DNA of 64,000 bases, taken from positions 173,476 to 237,475 of the forward strand of contig JALGVJ010000004.1 in the NCBI GenBank assembly GCA_029838195.1. The letters are read 5' to 3'. The notes beneath the pieces are model-generated. The model ran no database searches and had not been told where the DNA came from. It worked only from the letters and a program-made list of their open reading frames with translations. A program made the translations under genes and the position numbers. Position 1 is the first letter of the stretch; each line of letters starts with the position of its first letter. This DNA is from Promethearchaeota archaeon. GTDB taxonomy: Archaea; Asgardarchaeota; Lokiarchaeia; Sigyniarchaeales; SOKP01. Below are positions 60,492-64,000 of the stretch, one piece after another.

Positions 60492-61784
60492 ATGAGTCAA
60501 GAAAAGCTAACTTGGTATGAAGCTCAGGTTGTAAAAGACATGTTTTCCACAATGGGCGGAAGAGCGGTGAGAGGAGTAATGTCAAACTATTTCTCATCCA
60601 GGATTTATACTGGAAAACTGGGGTTAATTCAAATCACTAACTATTTAGAAGCCATGCTCGAACCGGAAGAACGAAGGGCTCTTATCATCTGTGATGATTT
60701 CACGCAAAAATTCGCAAAAAAAATCACGGATTACTTGGATACCATTAACATGGAATGGAAAGTATGGCCAGGAGCCATTCCGGAAGTTCCCATTGAAACT
60801 ATTGAAGAAGGAGCAAGGGTTTGTGAGGAGTTCAAACCTCGCGTGATTTTTGGAATTGGTGGCGGCTCTGTAATGGACACGGTGAAAATGGTTCTCATTA
60901 AATATGAAAAACCTGAAGAAAATCTTCTAATGATCCTTCCATTTTTTGGTTCTTTAGGATTACGTAAGAAAGTGAAATTTTGGATTGCAGTTCCAACCAC
61001 AAGTGGAACTGGAAGTGAAGTAACGCAAGCTGCTGTCATCACGGATACTTCTAGGAAACCACCTAAAAAGATTGAAGTATTAAGCGATGAAATTTTTTCC
61101 GATATAACCCTCTTAGATCCTTATTTCGTGAAAGACATGCCTCCTTTTTTAACCATGGCCACGGGGCTTGATGCCCTTGCCCATGCTCTAGGAGCTTATG
61201 TGTCAAATTGGGGTACCCCCTTTATTGATGCTTTAAACTTGAAAGCTATTGAGGAAACAATAAAGTATTTGCCTCGAGCCGTTAAATTTGGTGCACGAGA
61301 CATGGAAGCCCGAAGCCACATGCAAATGGCTTCATTGATGGCTGGAATTGGATTTGGTAATACCACAACCGGGATTGATCATTCTTTAGGCCACTCATTC
61401 GGGAAGATATTCGGAGTTCACCACGGACTTAGTGTTGGGTTGTTTCTTCCTTATTCTATCGAATTTCAATACAAAGTCACGGATAGATGGAAAGATTTAC
61501 TCCCGCTCTTCAAGATCAAGCCAGAAAACAAGAGTAGGGACCAGCTTTTCATGGAGTTCATTGAAGCATTAAAAGATTTTATTCGATCGATCGATGGACC
61601 AACTTGCGTGCAGGAATTGACAAGACCAAAAATTGAAAAGGAAGAGTACATGAGCAAGCTCGATTTAGCTGCTGAGTATGCTAATGATGACGCCGTTTCT
61701 CTTACGAGTTACCGCCCCATCAATAAAGAGCTTTACAAAAAGATATATGAATATGCCTGGGATGGCAAGTTCATTGATTTTTAA
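60492..61784 (+). CDS. Iron-containing alcohol dehydrogenase
   Basis: GIGGGSVMD, VPTTSGTGSEVT, GLDALAH, HSLGH, HHG. Confidence 0.93.
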   Translation: MSQEKLTWYEAQVVKDMFSTMGGRAVRGVMSNYFSSRIYTGKLGLIQITNYLEAMLEPEERRALIICDDFTQKFAKKITDYLDTINMEWKVWPGAIPEVPIETIEEGARVCEEFKPRVIFGIGGGSVMDTVKMVLIKYEKPEENLLMILPFFGSLGLRKKVKFWIAVPTTSGTGSEVTQAAVITDTSRKPPKKIEVLSDEIFSDITLLDPYFVKDMPPFLTMATGLDALAHALGAYVSNWGTPFIDALNLKAIEETIKYLPRAVKFGARDMEARSHMQMASLMAGIGFGNTTTGIDHSLGHSFGKIFGVHHGLSVGLFLPYSIEFQYKVTDRWKDLLPLFKIKPENKSRDQLFMEFIEALKDFIRSIDGPTCVQELTRPKIEKEEYMSKLDLAAEYANDDAVSLTSYRPINKELYKKIYEYAWDGKFIDF

Positions 61785-61805
61785 TTCAAGAAGGTGAGGA
61801 AAAGA

Positions 61806-63686
61806 ATGAGTGAAAAATTATATGGATATAATGGTAAGATAGCTTATATTAATTTATCAAAAGAAAACGTGGAAGTGAAAGATTTAGATCCCCAAATTGC
61901 CAAGGATTATTTAGGGGGGACGGGTTTAAGTGCGAAGATAATCCATGACATGTTGAAGGAGGAAGATTATGAAACGTTAAAGAAAGATCTGCTTGCGGAA
62001 ATCAATCCTTTAATTTTTGCAACGGGTCCCGTGACAGGAACGCTACGTCCCTCTTCGGGAAGGTATTCGGTTTCGGGAATTTCTCCCTTGACGGGGATTT
62101 GGGGAGAAGGAACGTCAGGAGGGACATTTTGCATATCCTTGCACAATTCGGGATATGATGCGCTGGTCATTACGGGGAAAGCTAGCACTCCAAAGCTTAT
62201 ATACATTTATGACGCTAAAATTGAAATTCTGGATGCTCAAAAATATTGGGGTAAAAATACTTACGAATCCCAGCAAATGATCGTGGCAGACTTGAATAAT
62301 GATAAGGTACGGGTGGCAACGATTGGCCCCGCTGGCGAGAATCTCGTGAAATATGCCGCAATCATCAATGATGAGGGAAGAGCCGTTGGGCGCTGCGGCA
62401 TGGGGTGCTTAATGGGATCAAAGAACTTAAAGGCCATTGCCATCCATGGAACTAATCGAGTAGAAATAGCCGATGTTAATGCCATGAGAGCGATGCTCCA
62501 ACAAGAGCAAAAGGAAATTGAAACGGATTTCATGAAATCTGCAGTATTTCACACGTTTAGCTTGTACGGAACGAACTCCTATCTCGATATTGGCATGTCT
62601 TTAGGGGATTCACCTGGCTATTATTTTACGAAGACCGAATATTTAGCGGAAAAGTTAGCGGGTAAAACATTAAAAGAGACTTTTCCTGTCTTGGATTACG
62701 GCTGCGCAGGATGCATTTTAAGGTGCGGGAAAACCACGATAATTGAATGGAATGGAGAAGAGCTCACGGTTGATGGGCCCGAGTATGAAACAGTATGTTC
62801 TTATGGTCCCATGCTTGGGATTTTTGAACCAAAACCCGTTATTTATGCGAATCATAAATGCAATCAATTAGGCATGGACACGATTTCAAGTGGAGTTAGT
62901 ATTTCATTTCTAATTTATCTCGTTGAAAACAATATTGGGATTCCCAAGATCAAGGAATATTTAGGAGACTTGAACCTTGAAGAAATTAAATGGGGCAATC
63001 ATGAGTTAGTTCTAAAATTAATTGATAAAATTGCGAAAAAAGAAGGAATCGGTGCCATTTTAGCCGAGGGGACGCGGTTCATGGCACAGAAATTTGAAGT
63101 CGATCTGGAGTTGGCAGCTCACGTGAAGGGGTTGGAAATGCCCATGCACGACCCGCGAGCTTTTGCTGGCCAGGCGCTCAGCTACATGACGTGTTGCGTG
63201 GGTGCGAATCACGAGAAATGTGATTGGTTTGCAGCAGAATTAGGTAATTTGGCATATCCAAAATTACGAATTAAGGGTGGGGATCGACAGAGCATCGACC
63301 GACGGGAAAAAGGAGTGATTGCACTTCAAGACTTGCGAGCTATTGACGATTCGGCAGTGAATTGTAATTTTAGAAATCCGCCCTTAGAAAACATCATTAA
63401 TTATATTAATGCTGCCACCGGCTTTAATTATAATAGAAAGTCGCTCATGATGGTAGGAGAACGGATTAACACCTTGAAGCGATTAATTAATTGTAAGTTA
63501 GGTATCACGCGAAAAGATGATAAGCTGCCAGGCCATCTCTTAAAAGTGTTAGAGGAGGGTAAAACTGCTGGTGTCAAGCTTGATTTAGAGAAAAACTTAC
63601 AACGATATTATAAAGAACGCGGCTGGGATTGGGATACGGGCTTTCCTACAAAAGAGCAATTAGAAAAATTAGGAATTCAATCTTAA
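61806..63686 (+). CDS. Tungsten-dependent aldehyde:ferredoxin oxidoreductase family
   Basis: YLGGTG, SPLTG, IGPAGEN, GRCGMG.LMGSKNLKAI, CAGCILRC, GPEYET, GMDTISSG, HVKGLEMPMHDPR. Confidence 0.93.
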   Translation: MSEKLYGYNGKIAYINLSKENVEVKDLDPQIAKDYLGGTGLSAKIIHDMLKEEDYETLKKDLLAEINPLIFATGPVTGTLRPSSGRYSVSGISPLTGIWGEGTSGGTFCISLHNSGYDALVITGKASTPKLIYIYDAKIEILDAQKYWGKNTYESQQMIVADLNNDKVRVATIGPAGENLVKYAAIINDEGRAVGRCGMGCLMGSKNLKAIAIHGTNRVEIADVNAMRAMLQQEQKEIETDFMKSAVFHTFSLYGTNSYLDIGMSLGDSPGYYFTKTEYLAEKLAGKTLKETFPVLDYGCAGCILRCGKTTIIEWNGEELTVDGPEYETVCSYGPMLGIFEPKPVIYANHKCNQLGMDTISSGVSISFLIYLVENNIGIPKIKEYLGDLNLEEIKWGNHELVLKLIDKIAKKEGIGAILAEGTRFMAQKFEVDLELAAHVKGLEMPMHDPRAFAGQALSYMTCCVGANHEKCDWFAAELGNLAYPKLRIKGGDRQSIDRREKGVIALQDLRAIDDSAVNCNFRNPPLENIINYINAATGFNYNRKSLMMVGERINTLKRLINCKLGITRKDDKLPGHLLKVLEEGKTAGVKLDLEKNLQRYYKERGWDWDTGFPTKEQLEKLGIQS

Positions 63687-64000
63687 ATTTTATTATTTAA
63701 AATTAATTTTTTTTTTTATTAACTTCACTCATTTTGAAAAATGCTTAAAACTTTAGAGGAGCATACTTTCTTTTTACTTCATGGTATTAATTTTAAGAGT
63801 AATTTAGGAGAGAAATTAAGTGTTCTAAAAATGATCATGGTTATTGAACATACATGAACAAGATTGGAATGAGAACAGAAAAGAAGAAAAAAAATATGAG
63901 GTAGCAAATTAATCTCAGTTACCACGCTCCAGCTCTAAGATTGACGACAAAACCACCAAAAAGTTGAAAAAATATGACGATCTATTATATATTAATGAAT

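Noticed and set aside
63687-64000. Possible gene start at the window end
   Set aside because: The frames examined close within a few codons; cannot be supported without downstream sequence.
1-64000. CRISPR arrays, tRNA/rRNA genes, transposase or defence genes
   Set aside because: No regularly spaced repeats, GC-rich structural RNA segments or recognisable transposase/defence motifs were found by eye; a tRNAscan/Rfam run would be needed to exclude small RNAs.

Overview
AT-rich archaeal window, very probably Asgard (Lokiarchaeia-like). The assignment rests on H4MPT-dependent C1 genes (mch, mtd, ftr) occurring together with eukaryote-signature proteins: a RagA/Gtr1-like GTPase with a C-terminal roadblock domain, a presenilin-like GxGD protease, a longin-like membrane protein, UBC/RWD-like domains, and LRR/TPR proteins. 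Also present are housekeeping/salvage genes (glyS, apt, mtnP, RecJ-like DHH, beta-CASP nuclease) and a catabolic block (acyl-CoA dehydrogenase, Cys-less thiolase + DUF35, two BKACE enzymes, threonine aldolase, GH20, Fe-ADH, AOR). The strongest candidate for an undescribed system is a minus-strand operon at ~35960-45258. It encodes two ABC-2 permeases, a conventional ATPase, a ~1049-aa protein (signal anchor, extracellular prenyltransferase/squalene-oxidase repeats, TM helix, intact ABC ATPase), a UBC/RWD-like domain fused to a catalytically dead ABC ATPase, and a longin-TM protein, with a glycerol-3-phosphate dehydrogenase gene next downstream. Other notable items: a 217-bp non-autonomous IS200/IS605 element with IS608-type TTAC/AAAG/GAAT/TCAA signals, probable ATA and ATT start codons, a DtxR-like palindrome before FTR1, and a 54-bp identical tract between the BKACE paralogs. 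No rRNA, tRNA or CRISPR array was recognised. All family calls are by motif recognition only; no database searches were run.
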